DNA of 64,000 bases, from NCBI GenBank assembly GCA_020137815.1, contig CM035354.1, positions 2,604,001 through 2,668,000 on the forward strand, given 5' to 3'. Positions 29,640-44,868 of this stretch are shown piece by piece. The position numbers and the translations under genes are program-made. Below the pieces are notes generated by a model, which was given only the letters and a program-made list of their open reading frames with translations, was not told where the DNA came from and did not search any database. The first letter of the stretch is position 1. Each line of letters starts with the position of its first letter. The stretch comes from Hormiphora californensis (Eukaryota; Animalia; Ctenophora).

Positions 29640-31326
29640 GCGCCGTTACGATCTGGGTGTTTTTTTACAGGTGCGGGCTTCCAAAAAAGTTGATTCATTT
29701 TTTTTAAAAAATGGCCAAACCACTTAACCGTTTCAAAGTTTATTTGGTAGGAAATGTCAAGGCCTAACGGCTAACCGCAAACCCTAACCCTACTTTAGCC
29801 CTAAAAAAACCGTTTGTCAGCACTCACCAAACACCCAGATTTTAACGCTGCCCCCCCCCCCGATCCTGGAGGCTGAAAATTCTTCCAGTTCCCACCTTAA
29901 GTTTTAACTTTTAAGTTCGAGTTTTGACCGGGGCGAGCAGCCTGGAGAACCCAACTGGCCCCAACCAGGTCGGCAACACCCAAACATATGCTCTGAAAAT
30001 ATCTTTGTGGCTGTGTTGTATTCTGTTGCGACACGTCAAGTTGGTGCCGTGTCAAGGAGGCCGTGTCAAGGAGGCCGGGAATATCGATGAACTCAAGGTT
30101 TTACTAGGAGGGCACCTCCAACCAGGGGATACTCGTGTGTTCATGGAAACTCCTTGTTGGACTATGCTCTGAGCCGGGGCACGGACTTCTAGTTGTTAAA
30201 CCGGATGAGTTCAGAGAGGCGGAAGCGTTTGTTTATGTGGATTTATCGACATGATTAGTCAAACTATTTTGAAGGAGCCTTGCCTTGTTCGACCCTCCCT
30301 CCCCGTTTGAACAAAACAAGATGTATCAGGGGATTCGACAATTGTGCCAAAATACTTATATCATAGGACACAGGTTGTCGGCTGTCTAGATCAAAGTGTT
30401 TGTAGGGCATTGCCGATAGCGTAGACAATGCATCGTTAATATATTCACTATGGAGTGGTGTGCATAAATTACATATAAATTACAATTATTCCACACAATT
30501 GAATCCCACTAGGTTTAGTCCAGTGCACTAGTAATGAGCGGTTAAAAGAAGAAGAAGAAGAAGGAGTATGGCTCATCAGCATGGCAAAGGAGAACAGGTA
30601 AGAACCGCCTAATGAGTTGCCACTCTTGCAATCGCTAAGACCATCCATGTCTTATTCAAATCCAGCACAGTAACGATTTTAATCCGTTCATCCATTTATT
30701 AATCACCGCATCGTCCATCTTTCCTCACTCTTTGTACCTTTCTTGATATTTTGTGATGGATTTTTGTCTATGGCAACCTCCCCGGCCCCGGCTGCGTTCT
30801 AATGGAACTGTAAGTGTACTGACCAATGGTTAATACGTTTAGCCACTCCTTCTAAAACTCTCCATTTCTCTTTATATCATTTGTTTCTCTAAATTTAAAC
30901 TGTAGTTCTACTCCTCCCTCTTTTTGAGCTCGACCCTAACTATAGGTGTCACGTATAATAATGAAATGATACTCTGACGAAATTTCTGAGTTTCACGGTT
31001 GTCTGTGTGTGTGTTCTCTCCCAGATTCTCTCATCTAATGACGGTAATTGATAATGTTCAGGGCAATTTTTGTCTATCGCAGCAGCAGCAGTAATACGCT
31101 ACGGAGGGAGTGAAACGGGGTAGAGAGAGAAGAAGTCTGTGCGGGAAGGGCCAATTAACACGATGATCAATTAATCAGGGAATTGAGGAAGGAATTTGGA
31201 AATCGAAGGAATTTGGAAATCGCTGGTTCATCATTGATATGAAGGAGTTACAGTTTCAAAGAGAAATGGGACAAGAAATTGGAAGAAGCTATTCCTAAAA
31301 GTTATGCTATTCTAGTACTTGATTGA

Positions 31327-31435
31327 CAAGAACCGACCGAAGCAAGTAAACAACCAATCAGAACTCGTTATTTAGGTCACGTGACTGGTAATCAGCCAAT
31401 CAGGGACCAGTATTTCCTGATTCGGTCGGTTCCTG
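31327..31435 (+). mobile_element. 109-bp hAT-type MITE (family A)
   Basis: TSD TTGATTGA. Confidence 0.92.
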
Positions 31436-31576
31436 TTGATTGAACATCTTGAGGTTCAGTACCCTCAATCATACGTATGATTATTCAAGCTCTCCCTCTC
31501 TCGTATGATTGATATCCAAGCTGTGGACTAAGGTTCAATTATACAGGCTCTCTGTGGGACATGAAACAAGCTGATA

Positions 31577-31716
31577 CAGTCGGACCCCGATTTAGGGACA
31601 CCTTCGGGGGAAAGGCTCTTGTCCACTAAATCGGGGTGTCCACTAAATCGGGGTCAAATAAGGTTAATTTCCTATATCGGGGGAAAAAATCCTGTCCCTA
31701 AATCGGGGTGCCACTA
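31577..31716. mobile_element. Truncated family B MITE
   Basis: One TIR plus internal repeats. Confidence 0.8.
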
Positions 31717-33279
31717 ATATACTATTAGTTGATTTACTGATTTTCTTATAAATCAAAAGTTGAACTTTGGCATACATTGTCGCTAAAACTTTATCCAACT
31801 TTAACACTTCTGACATTTCTCGCGTGTCTTTAGTTCCTCTGTTATACACTGCTATTTCTCCCTTCTGAAGTACCACACAAGTACCACACTACTGTTAATC
31901 CCGACAAAGAACTCTCAGTCACTTTTCTCTCTCTCTCTCTCTCGCTATATTAATAAATAAAAGGTTCTGATTGGAATCGGGGAAAAGTAATATTTTTTGA
32001 TATTTCTGGTTGCTATTACTTCAGTCTTCAACCAAATTTTTCCAGTAGTACAGCTGTCCTGTCCTGTTTTTCTCTCTTGTTCTGTTGTTATACTACCGGG
32101 TAGTATAGTTGCAATATATATGTTCCGTACAAGGGTGGTGAGCTGCAACAATGGGTGATTATCGGGTACAGTCCCGGCCACGTGTCCAACAAGTGAGCAC
32201 GTGTAGGATACCCCGACTCACCAATAGGGAGAGTGAGAGAGAGAGAGAGAGTGAGAGAGAGAAGAGAGTAGAGAGAGAGAGAGAGAGAGAGCGAGAAAAG
32301 AGAGGATAGAGAGAGGAGATAGAGAAGTGTCGGAGAGATAGAGTAAGAGAGAGAGAGAGAGAAGAAGACGAGAGAGAGACGAGACGAGAAGAGCGATACG
32401 CTACTAGAGAGCTCTGCTCTCGATCTCGCCTATCTCTCTCTCTTCTCTCTCTCTACTATCTACCCTCTCGGCTCTCTCTCGAGTCGCTTTGTCTCTTTCT
32501 TCTGATATGCAGTCGACAGGCGAGAGCCCCTCTCAATGGTGAGGTAATGAACAGCTCTCTTCCCTCCAGCTCCTCTAGTGAGAGAGAGTTGTATACATTA
32601 TGGTTGTGTATTATATATCCACTGCAGGGACCGGTGCTCGTGTACTCAGTGCTAGCGCTGACACTAATACTCTGTGCTCTCTGTAATCTGTCCCTTCTTA
32701 GAGTTATATCTTATTGTTTCATCCCGGATCTGTCTCTTGTCTATCTGTATAGTAGTTGTATGTTCGTCTAGAGCTCGATATTGTTTCCCACTACTCTTGG
32801 CTTCACATGATCTAGGCCCTTTGAAATCACCTTCTATAACTGAGCTTGCCACGTATGAATACAAATATATGTATTGCCAGATACAATAGGTATCATGACA
32901 GGTATTCACTAGATTGGCACATTGCCAACTACTAGCAGTGTTCTAGAGAAGAAGGGATATATAATGTCAAGAGAAGAAGGGATGTTGGTTAATAGACACG
33001 TTATGCGGTTCTAGTTGTCTCTGTTCACATCGGTGATCCCTCTGTCGCTATCTCTCTGTCTCCGTTGATCCCTCTGTCGCTATCTCTCTGTCTCCGTTGA
33101 TCCCTCTGTCGCTATTTCTCTCTCAATAGAGCGTGATAAAGAGGCCCGTTATTGTGAGAATAGCTATGTGTCTCTTACTACTACGTGCTATACTACTAAT
33201 AACACACTGTAATATCCCTCTCTCGATGGAGTTCCTTTATTCTCTGGAACATAGTTGAATCGCTTGGTGTGTTGAACAC

Positions 33280-33558
33280 GGGATAGTATCTCTAGTAGGA
33301 TAGTATCTCTAGTAGGATAGTATCTCTAGTAGGATATAGTATCTCTAGTAGGATAGTATCTCTAGTAGGATAGTATCTCTAGTAGGATAGTATCTCTAGT
33401 AGGATAGTATCTCTAGTAGGATAGTATCTCTAGTAGGATAGTATCTCTAGTAGGATAGTATCTCTAGTAGGATATTATCTCTAGTAGGATAGTATCTCTA
33501 GTAGGATAGTATCTCTAGTAGGATAGTATCTCTAGTAGGATAGTATCTCTAGTAGGAT
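33280..33558. repeat. 17-bp tandem repeat (GGATAGTATCTCTAGTA) ~16 copies
   Basis: Seen directly. Confidence 0.95.
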
Positions 33559-35791
33559 TCAGTTCTTTTCAACTTCTTCCAGCGCACTGTTAGTTAGTAG
33601 TACAATATACTGAGATTATTATATGGGGTTAATACTCAGTAATTACTATTCATGCATTTCCTTTCTAATTCTACATTTCAGAAGAGGCCTCCTTGCGTTA
33701 TTATAAGTACAGGTCTCTCTCTCTATTATCCCCACCCAATTCTATAGTTTCCTATATTTCCTAACCTGCCTCTTTTGCTACGGATCGACCATCTTGGAGC
33801 AATTATTATTGTACCATCCCATCCCTATCAAAATCACAACGGTTCATCCATGAGTCTACCTTTATTTAAGTTCATAATTTAGGCTCCTAAATTTCGTCTA
33901 GACCTTCCTTTGAGATCCATATTGCAGTAGTTGTATTCGTATCTTGCTTAGTAGGGAGTGTGTGTGTGTGCTTGATCACAGTACTAAGTATACGTGTAGC
34001 ATGCATGAAGGTAGTGCCATGAAGGAGAATGGAGGTGTGAGTGATAGAAAGAGAGAATGGAGAGGAGTGATAGAAAGAGAGAATGGAGAGGTGAGAATGA
34101 TAGAAAAAGAGAAAGCAAAGTTGAGGGAATGAGATAAAAATATATTCATTTTGGTCTCCTTGGTCATGCTCAAAACCTGTAATTTGTGTCCTTGTGGCTT
34201 CATTAGCTATGAAACCTAGAGAATTTCCTCCTAGGAGAGAAAGATATACGGAGAGATGGAGAGATCTAGGATCTTGCTTACCGATCATGCGGTTTCTCTG
34301 AAGTAGCCATCGCTCTGTCTGCGTGTGAACTTGTTTGGGCAATTAATCACTGTCAGTTGAGAGAGCAGGAGGGAAGGAGAGAGTATGTGAGAGAGAGAAA
34401 GAGAGAGAGAGAGAGGAAGAGAAATAGAGAGATAGTGAAGTAGAAATAGAGATGCAGAGAGAGCTAGTACTTGATAGTAAGTAAGAGGTCAAGACGGATA
34501 GAAGGATAAAGCATACTATGCAGCAGAGGTTTTTGTCTCTCCAGGACAAGTAGACCGTTATACAAGCTAAAATCTCTCTCTTTCTTTCTTTCTCTCTTTC
34601 TCTCTATCTATCTCTATCTCTAATCCCTATCTTTCTCTATCTTTCTCTATCTTATATAACAAGAGTGACATATATCTTGGGTTACAAAGATAGATACGAC
34701 GATCAAAAAGACTCTTCTCCTCACTTTTCTGTCCAACTCTTTCTGTCAGAGAACCAGCTGATCACACCTCCTTTCGTTCCTCTTTGTCCAACTCTTCATC
34801 TCCTTTCGTTCCTCTCTCTTCTACATGTTCTTTGTTTCATAATTTCTAATAAGTTATTCGAGTGATTAATTGAACTCTGAGGCGGACTATTATTCATGTC
34901 ATGTGATTAGAAATTGTTATTCTCTCTCTCTTTTATTCCTCTCTTTCTCTTACTATTTCTTTATTTATTCTTCCGCCTCTCTCTCTCTCTATCTCTATCT
35001 CTCTCTCCATCTGTCTTCCTACTCTCTTTATATTAGTTACATGACACTTTTGTGCGGTGAAGGACACTTGTTATACAATACAAACAACTGTCTGTATAGC
35101 TGTGACGTACAACAAGTGTTTAAAAAATCCGCCTTTTGCTATCTATCGTCCAATAAAAGTATCCTAAATCAACAAATTTCTGATCCTTTTGAATAATTGA
35201 AAAGAAATCTGAATAGTAAACTGGCTCGTGGATCAAGGATTATTGTTCGAACCCCCATGGAATCATACCACACATAACCGAATCTTAACATTATCCTTCT
35301 CTTTTTCTCTATCACCTTCTCTCCTTCTCTCTCTGACATTTATCACACGTGTATGCACGAGTGTGTGTGCACGCTTGTACGATTTCGTACACGCACCCAC
35401 ACTTATTCATGTACCCAAACCCATCGGCTTCTCACCACATATTTTCCAAATACTTCCTTCTTTTTCTATTGATTCCCACATGTTATCTAACTATTGATTC
35501 CCACGTGTTTAGGTTATACGTGACAAGGAAGTACTGTTCATGGAAGGGGCCCAAAAGGTACGTGAAGCATGTATAGCATGTTGAAATACCAGTGGAATAC
35601 ATATCATGTGTATTCCATAAAGAGTTGTGTCTGTATGTCACCACCACGTCAAGCATGTCAGTATGTTCCAATATACGAGTCGAGGGAGAGGGATGGGGAG
35701 AGAGAGGGATGGGGAGAGAGACTAGGGAGGGAGGGAGTGGGAGAGAAAGAGAGTTAGGGTGTAAGAGAGGGGAGGGAGAGAACGAGAGTCA

Positions 35792-35826
<35 letters not shown>

Positions 35827-36544
35827 CTAGAACGGGAGAGAGAGAGAGAGAAACTAGAAAGAGAGTGAGATAGAGAGTACAATACATGTAGTGAAGATTC
35901 TAATATTATTCCAAGATTGAGGTTTCTAGACTGGGCTCGAGCTATAATGAGAAAGCAAGGGAGATGAGAAAGTAAGAGATATACGAGCTTGTTCTAGTGA
36001 ACTCTCTGCAATCTGTATGTATGTGGTTCAAGCTGTAAGATAACACTCTGTTAACAGTGGGGGCCGGGGGGGGGGGGGGTTAAAAAAGTCACTTTCGGTG
36101 GAACGAGAAAAGGACCAACATGTTATCATAGAACGGGGCTAATTTCACTGATGATTCTTTTCACCGTATTTTAACTTTAAGTTTCCTATTGTGGTCTGAG
36201 ATCTCATAGATTACAACTACTGTCCTTGTTATGACTCATGTGTAGTTAGGTGATCTGTCATTGTGTGTTGTAGAGCTGTACATGCAATGAATTTTAGAAA
36301 AAAGATAAAGAATATAAAGAGAAAGGAGGAGAATAGAAGAGAAAAGAGAAGAGAAAAAAGAAGAGAAAAGAGAAGATATTAAATGTAATAATTTGTGGAG
36401 AGATAATTGTTAATTTTACCGACACTTCCCACCCGCCAGACAAGCTTGAGAGAATGTCCGAGATATATGTCAGTTATTTAACGTACACGGCCCTATCTCT
36501 CAAGCTGTTGTATACAGTGTTGAAATTTATATAGCTATAAGACA

Positions 36545-36704
<160 letters not shown>

Positions 36705-37235
36705 TCTGTACACAGAGGTACCTATAATTGTAAAGCCGGAAGCACCGTAGCAGCATGAGAGAGAGACGTACAGCCCCCCCCCTGTGCGGCGTGTATACCA
36801 TTATGTTATTTGAAGCCCGCCAAAACACTCTCCACTACAACACATCCTGTAATCACAACAGAACTGCAGTACAATTCCATTGTAATCACAACAGTACAAC
36901 TCCAGTGAACAGAACATTAGTAGAGGGGGGGGGGGGGGGTTGGAGCACCGGGAGGTAACAAAACAGTGAACAGATCAACTCTTTTGTTTTGTGGTACTGT
37001 AGAACACTCATTATTCAAAAGTCCCCCAAAAGTAACCGCTCACAGCACTAGCTCAGTGAGCACACACGTCTGTACTATATCAAAAGAGTGACTTGACCAT
37101 GTTCTTCGTACCGGGGTGCGTGATGTACAGTCAGTGACTTGACCATGTTCTATATAGTTCACAAAGTCACCACTTGTATATTACGTTGATGAGACTTCAG
37201 AGGTAATTTTATTACCAATCCAATTATCTATACAG

Positions 37236-40200
37236 GTGACACAGCAGATAGAGGCACATTTGGTGGCGTTTGGGCAGCGATGTGACATTGGCAAGAGTCA
37301 CTTTGAGGCAGCACTCCTTCTCAAAGATCATGAACAGCTGGAAGCGGGGGCTCTGAAAACTTATGCTACCGCCAGGTAACTGAGAGGTAACTGAGAGGTA
37401 ACTGAGAGGTAACTGAGAGGAACCGACCGAATCAGGAAATACTGGTCCCTGATTGGCTGATAACCAGTCACGTGACATAAATAACGAGTTCTGATTGGTT
37501 GTTTACTGGTAACTGAGAGTTAAAAACAGTTCTGTATTATTATACTGGTCCATGGTCCAATAATAAACAAATACTAGGCTGTCCAGTATTGATTGTCGTT
37601 GGGCTTTTATGAGACAATGGTTTGAGATAGAGCAAAATGGACTTCACCACCGTTTTTCTCACTCGATTTTAGATAGGAATACAATGCCTGATATTGGTAT
37701 TTGGTTGTTCTCGGTTCCAACCAGGCTATTTTCTCTACCCCACCCTTGTTGCCGCTGCATATTAAAAATCGCGATTTTCGAGTTTTAGCACCAAAACTGC
37801 TGTACTTCTTAAAATTGGTACCTGAGTGATGTTTTGTTGCATCAAGCTTGTTCATTGGACAATTATCTATCGTGTAAGATGTAATAAAATATCCTATCTT
37901 TATTTTGTCACTCGGCAACGGGCCTCCAAAAAGTTTTAGTCAAAATTAGAAACTTTCACTTCCGGGTCTCATCAGGATTGGCTTATAATCAAAAACTCTG
38001 CAGCAAAAGATAGTTCTAAGTAAGTTCTAAGACGTAGTGAAGCCAATTATGTGATTGGTTGACTTTTAAAGTGACTAATTGACGTTTTCGAACACATCCC
38101 CAAAACGGGCCAGTTTTTGTGTGCACGTTTTCGCTTTTTCGTGTTACATTTACTGTTCTAGAGGTTATAAGTGAACACGTAGAGACCCAAATCGCATACA
38201 TATCTCATCCTTAGACGATTGTCTATCGATTGAGCACTACGGGAGCTGAAGAAACCGTACCAATTTTCTTCCAGCAGCGTTTAAAAAACCTTGGTAACCC
38301 CGTGCAACAGCAACAAGAGTGAGGTAGAGAAAATAGCCTGGTTGGAACCGAGAACAACCAAATATCTATATCAGGCATTGTATTCCAATCTTAAATCGTG
38401 TGAGAAAAACGGTGGTGAAGTCCATTTTGCTCTATCTCAAACCATTTTTCCATAAAAGCCCAACGACAATCAATACTGGACAGCCTAGTATATTGCCTGG
38501 AAAATTAGGGGTTCATTTATTGATCTATTTAAGATTCCATGCACTTATTAAATAATCACCCCAATGATATTATATCCCTCCAATGCAGCCAGCTGCTGAA
38601 GACAGCTGAACAGCTTGTGAAGGTTGGTAACGTTGATCGGGAGAAGGTCCGGGACACAACCAAGAGGCTTGATGGGATGTGGCAGGGGTTGACATCTCGG
38701 TTAAACACCCACAAGGAGGCTCTCACCTACAGCGTGACCTTCCACCAGAAACTGGAACAGGTTAGTAAAGGGGTAAATTGGGAATCAGGGGGTTAGTAAA
38801 TATATCAGTAAAGGGGTTAGTAAATATATTAGTAATGAGGTCTTGGAGTATTGGGAATCAATTAATACATACACGATTGAGCAAGCACAAATTTGCTGTT
38901 CCCCGCGGCGTATGGGACAGATTAAAATTGTTGACGCTAACGATCAGCAGCCGCTCACTGCTCAGCAGCTGTTACCATTTAATTTTCAAAAGGGAAATCA
39001 ATTCTTTGACATAACTGTATGTGCAACATTTCAAGTATTCGATCACATCACCGTTATTTAGGGATTTCATTTTTTGTAAGATTGGATGGCAATATATCTA
39101 TCTGTTCATCAAGAGTGAAATAGGATATATCAGATTGAGTTTGTTGTACGCATGGTCGCTGAATATAACATATCACCACCATATTAGACCACCTGGCTGA
39201 AGAATATGCGTACTCTACTTTTTACTTTTTCTTTTATATTTTGATGCGATGCTCACGTTCACACAATCGATTTTAAAAGGTAAAAAGAGATCCGGGTAAA
39301 ATGGGGGGGTCCCCCGACTGTTGTCAGAAAGTGCCTTTTCTCGTCTGTTGAACTTGGCGGACCCCCCCCCCGCCCCAGGGAAAAAAAAAGCCAAAAAGGG
39401 AGCTTTTTTTGGGTGCCCCCGGGGAAAAGGGAAAAAAAGAAGAGCGGGGGCGACCCCGAGTGGTAAAATGGAAAAACCTTTGGGCCCTGTTTTTTTCTTT
39501 TCTTTGGGGCCTTTAAAAGGGCCCGGGAGGCGGAAAAAAGAGGAGAGGGGAAAGAAAAGGGGGGAAGAGGAGAGGGAGGAAGGGGGGGGGGGAGGAAAGG
39601 AGGGGGAAGAGAGGGAGAGGGGAGAGAGAGAGGCCAGAGGGAGGGGACAAAAGGGGAAAAAACTCTCCCTTATCTCTCCCTCTCTTCTCCCCTCCCCCCT
39701 CTCTTTCATCCCTCTTTCCTTTAAAACTCCTTTTCTCAGCACGGTTTTGCCAATGCTTTTTTCCCCTATACAGGAAATAGGTTTTCTTAATGTCGCACCC
39801 ACCCCCTGTACAATGCAAACCATGGAGAATGATTGGTTACGAAGTTACCCCTTTCCAGAGTGTGAGGTGAAGATACCATGGAGAATGAAAGAGAATCGAT
39901 CGATGATAAGGAAGGATAAGCGGAACAAAGGGTTTATGCGCCTTTCAATGATAACAGTGGGGTAATAGGGCTGTAAAAAAAATTTTCGCGTTTTCCCGAA
40001 ATCGAAAATATTGCAATGATCGCCCCCTATTTTTATTATGAAAAAACCATATTGTATTGCTTAAAAGTAAAAAAACAGCTGCAACTTAAATAGTTAATAA
40101 ATATATGAGCTCAGGTTTAAAGGAGTGAAACAGGGTCGATCGAGCAGCAAGCACGGATTATACTAGGGCATAAAACTCATTTGAGGGAAATGTGTATCCC

Positions 40201-43200
40201 TTCTAATATCAGTTTGCCGGTAAATTGGGTTCGGACTGCAACAGTAATCAAAAAAAGGGTTTCGCATATTAGACTTGGTATTGATCGGGGGACAGGTATG
40301 TTTGTGAGAGAACGGAGCCAGATAGAGCCAAGCGACCCCTTTTTTCCAGCGATTTATTTTGTCTGGGGTTGCAAGGTAAAAGAAATTGAATAAAAAAATC
40401 TGTACTAAAATGTTGGATGGCGATGTTGTTTTTCTGATATATGTGCCAAATAAAATCACTTTCATTGTGATCTTTTTTGCCGCCCGAAAAAATACGGGGG
40501 TTCAAAAAACATGGAGCCACTTGGAGATAAGGGGAAAATTAAAAAAAAAACAACCTTCTTATTAAGATCCAAATTTCAAATTTCCCCTGAGTTGGACAGG
40601 GGTGAAAATTTTAGGAAAGAGTGACTCTCTGCATGAATTGGGGGGGGACACTTTTTTAGTCAAGAGAGTGAAAAATACGTTTTAAATTACACGTACTTTG
40701 GAGAGAAAAATTTTTGAACATAGTTATCTCGAAGGGCCCAGTTTTGAACCCCCCTGTACCTTAAACACTGTTTTTAAACATTTAAACATTAAAATGTATG
40801 CTTTTTTTGCCCCCGGGTGTATTAGTTACAAATATTTTTTTTACTTCATTAGAAAGTTTAAAAAAGACCCGGGAAAGCAAAAAAAGGGACAATGCACGAA
40901 AGGGGCAACAGCAGCATTTGGGGCACCAAGAGGGGAAAGGGAGGGGGGGGGGAGAGAGAGAGAGAGAGAGAGAGGAGGAAAAGAGAGAGAGAAAAGGAGA
41001 GAGAGAGAAAGAAAAAAGAGAGAGAGAGAGAGAGAGAAAGAGAAAAAAGAGAGAGAGAGGAGAGGGAGAGGGAGAGAGAAGGGGAGAGAGGAAGAGAGAG
41101 GAGAAGGAAAGAGAGAGAGAAGAGAGAGGAGAAGAAGAGGGAGGAGAGAGGAGGAGGGAGGAGAAGAGGAGAGAGAGAGAGAGAGAAAAGAGAGAAGAGA
41201 AAAAAAAGAAAAGGAGAAGAGAGAGAGAGAAGAGAGAGAGGAGAGAGGGAAGAGGAAAAGAGGGGGAGAAAAAAAGAGAAGGGGTCAAAAAACCAAAAGC
41301 CCCCACCCAAAAAAACCCCCCCCCCCAACCCCCTTCTCCTCCCTTCTCTCTCCTCTCTTCCCTTTCCTTCCTTTTCCCTCCCTCTCCTTTTACACGTGCC
41401 GTCCTAGCCAATCAGTAATATTGCACCATGCCCCAGCTTGCTTTATGCTTTTTTCATCTTTTGTCCCCACGCACGTTATGTTTTTGTACCATGGACAATG
41501 TTTGTCATACTACATGACTTCAGCGCAGTCTTTTGTTTGAGGCAAGATAATGTTCAGTATATGTCACCACATTATAAAGTCGTTTCTTCTGCTTTACTTT
41601 ACTTTTCGCTTGCATCACACTTTCCGACAGTTAATATTTCATATTTCAAGTTTTATTGCCTGTTTTATTGCCTTTCAGCTGCAGCCGATATTATATTATC
41701 GTGATCGAATATTATATATCTTCAGTTAAATTATACATGTTGCTAATATCCTCCCTCTCCCTTTCTAGCTCGATTTGCATACATTGTTGATGTGTGCAAG
41801 TGAAATGTACTCTTATTTTCTCCACAACCTCACCTCCCATCCCATAAAGCACGGCATGACGTTCCATCTGAACTCCACCTTCCCTGCCGAGGTGATCCCT
41901 GGTGAGATCATCCTGAGTGCCCTCTCCATCACCTCCATATGTATTGGCCTACCCGCTGCCCTCCTCCAACTATCTTACCTCGTCGTCGCCAGAAACGAAC
42001 GGTCCTGCTTTGCGAACCGGCTCTACCTCGCCATCTGCACTGTGGACGTGTCAATCTTGATTTGTTTCATCCCGGTGACAGCCAGTTACATCTATAAACG
42101 TGAACCGACCCTCTTCACTGACTGGTTCTGCCCTTTCTACGGGATCGTCTGGTTCACCCTCTCACGTCTCTCAATAGTGCTCATCGCCATTCTCAGTGTC
42201 ACCCGGACCTTCTCTCTAGTCCGTCCCTTCGCTGGATCCCCATCCCTCAACTTCATCTCCGTGTTCATCTCCCTGGCATCCATCCTCCTTGTGGTCCAGT
42301 TCTCAGTTCCTTTCTGGCACGGTGGGTCCTACATGTACAACGAGGAGACGGTGACGTGTTACCCGGTGGATGGTCCTACTGTTAAAATATCCAATGCCTA
42401 CCAGATATTGATCTTGCTTGAGATTGTCATCCCTTTCTTTGCCATCCTCTCCAGCTGCATCGTCTCCGTGGTATCCCTCCGGTCCATTCACCTCAAGACA
42501 TCTCTAGCGGTGGGAGCCAGGAAGAACGGCCGTGCTTCTGTCACCATCCTCCTGATGACGGCTGTCTACCTAGTGTTCAATGTTCCCTTTGTCATGTTCG
42601 TAACGGGGATGATTGTGAAGTGGTTCCTACACCAATCCCCCAAACTTGATGGATACCTCTTCCTCTTTTATGCGCCCAAGATCGGGAATTTCAACTTCAG
42701 GCACCTCCTTAACTTTTGTGAAACGGTCAGCGTCGCCCTGAACAGCATGAGTAACGCGATCGTGTGGATCTACCGGTCTACCGCAATGAGGGGCTGGTTA
42801 AAGGGCCTGGGTCTCCTCACAGAGGAGTTGAAGGGAAGCAGGCCACGGACACTCAGGACAGGCCCATATCCTGTACAGTACAAAGTGAACACGTAACCAT
42901 GGTGTAACAATAATAAACACCTTACTACTGTGTTGCCATGGAGACAATACTAATCACCGTGACAGTGTTACCATGGTAACAATACACACCGTGGCCCATA
43001 TGCTACCATGGTAACAACAAACACTTACAGTAGAAGCTGTTCACCCAAACTCGATAAACTACCTATTTTATGTTTCAATGTAGAGATATAGCTGTGTATT
43101 TAACTGTAATTATCTTTGTTTTTTTGTGAAAAGTGAAATTAGGTAACAAAAGGGCACTGAAAAGGTGGGGTAATATTTGCTGTTTGTGTAGCTATATAAA

Positions 43201-44791
43201 GGAATTCACATTTTATGTAGTACCAAATAGTACATCGAAGTAATAGCCTTTCAGTATAACTTACTCTTTTGTCGCCCCTGTATTAATGCATATTGCAGTA
43301 CAATACCACTGTTTATTAGTGTCCAAAATGAACAAATTACACAATCACACTAGCTACATGATATCAATCAATTAACATTAATTAATTAAACACCAAATAA
43401 ATTAATTAAACACCAAATCATACTGAGAGCTCTCAACAATGGTCAATGTCCCATTGACGCCAATAACACCACAAAACCCATATATATTCACCGAACACTA
43501 CTCAATACAACACCCGCTTGCTTCACCGAATAAACCGGAACACGATTTTTTCCCTAGATACTATCTCTCACAAGTCATGATAAGATCTCTCTCGTGATAT
43601 TTTTACCAAATATAACTGTTCACATCATATTCGTGATCTATAACTCTCCATTCGTGATATATAACTGTTCACATCTCACCCATCAGGTGACGGCGTGGTT
43701 GACGAACTGGCGGAAGAGTATTGAGCAGCAACAAAGTGCACTTGCCAGCCATGACACCCTTCTGCAGTTACAGAGGCAGGGAGAGGTAGGAACATGTGTG
43801 GCACACCCAATAATACCGCTTTAAAACCACTGGCCAATATCCAATACCGTTCAAAAACTCTCTGCGCCGCAAATCAAACAATCCTTAATATTTCGAAAAA
43901 GATAGAAATTTGAAACTCTATCCCTGTATGTAGTACCCACCTGTTGCCTTGTTCGACCCTCTCTCTCTCTCCACTCCCCGGAGGGTTAAAACCCCGTTAC
44001 TTTCTGAACCGGCCCTGTTATAGGTATTGACGGAGCTTTACGGCGGTCTCCAGCAGGATAGTAAGATCCTGCTCCGTTTGTTGTCCTCCCACAAACAGTA
44101 TGTGGCAGCGGAGCGACATGTGGGCTCCCTGCTGAGTCACGTGACATCACAATACAATGCTACTATTGGTCTGTGGCAGATATACCGGGCTGCCCATACC
44201 ACATCTACCAGGTAATAGTGCTGTTGTCATGGTTACAACGGTTGTCATGGTTACAATGTTTGTCATTGCATGGTTACAATGGTTGTCATGGCCATGGTTA
44301 CAATGGATGTCATGGTTACAGTGGTTGTCATGGTTACAATGGTTGTCATGGTTACAGTGGTTGTCAATGGTTACCAAATGGTTATTTTTGTACTGTTCTT
44401 GTTCAGCTGAAGATACTCTGCACGTTCACCCCTCCTTTGAAATGTACACATGAGCCACACTAGAAGAATATCGGCGGGGTATCTGATCAGATCAAAGGGT
44501 CAATTAAACTGAAACTAATTTGTATTTCCCCAGCCTGTTTCACCCCCGCTTCGGTCACATTCCCCCACCGGCCCGTCTCACAACACCCCACACAGCTACT
44601 TTATAACTTCCAGGATTCAAATTGGGTGTTTATTGGTGGGAGAGAGGGAAGTATCATGCCCTTGTGTATCTTGCTAGTAAAACGATGGGGTGGTGAAATT
44701 CCGTCAACTTGTCTGTGTGTACGTGTGTGTGTGTGTGTGTGTGGTCGCTTGACGAGCCGTCTGTCAATTAGTGAAGACTGACGTAGTACGT

Positions 44792-44868
<77 letters not shown>

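Noticed and set aside
39215-41540. Long Arg/Glu- or Leu/Ser-rich ORFs
   Set aside because: Purine tracts in low-quality sequence.
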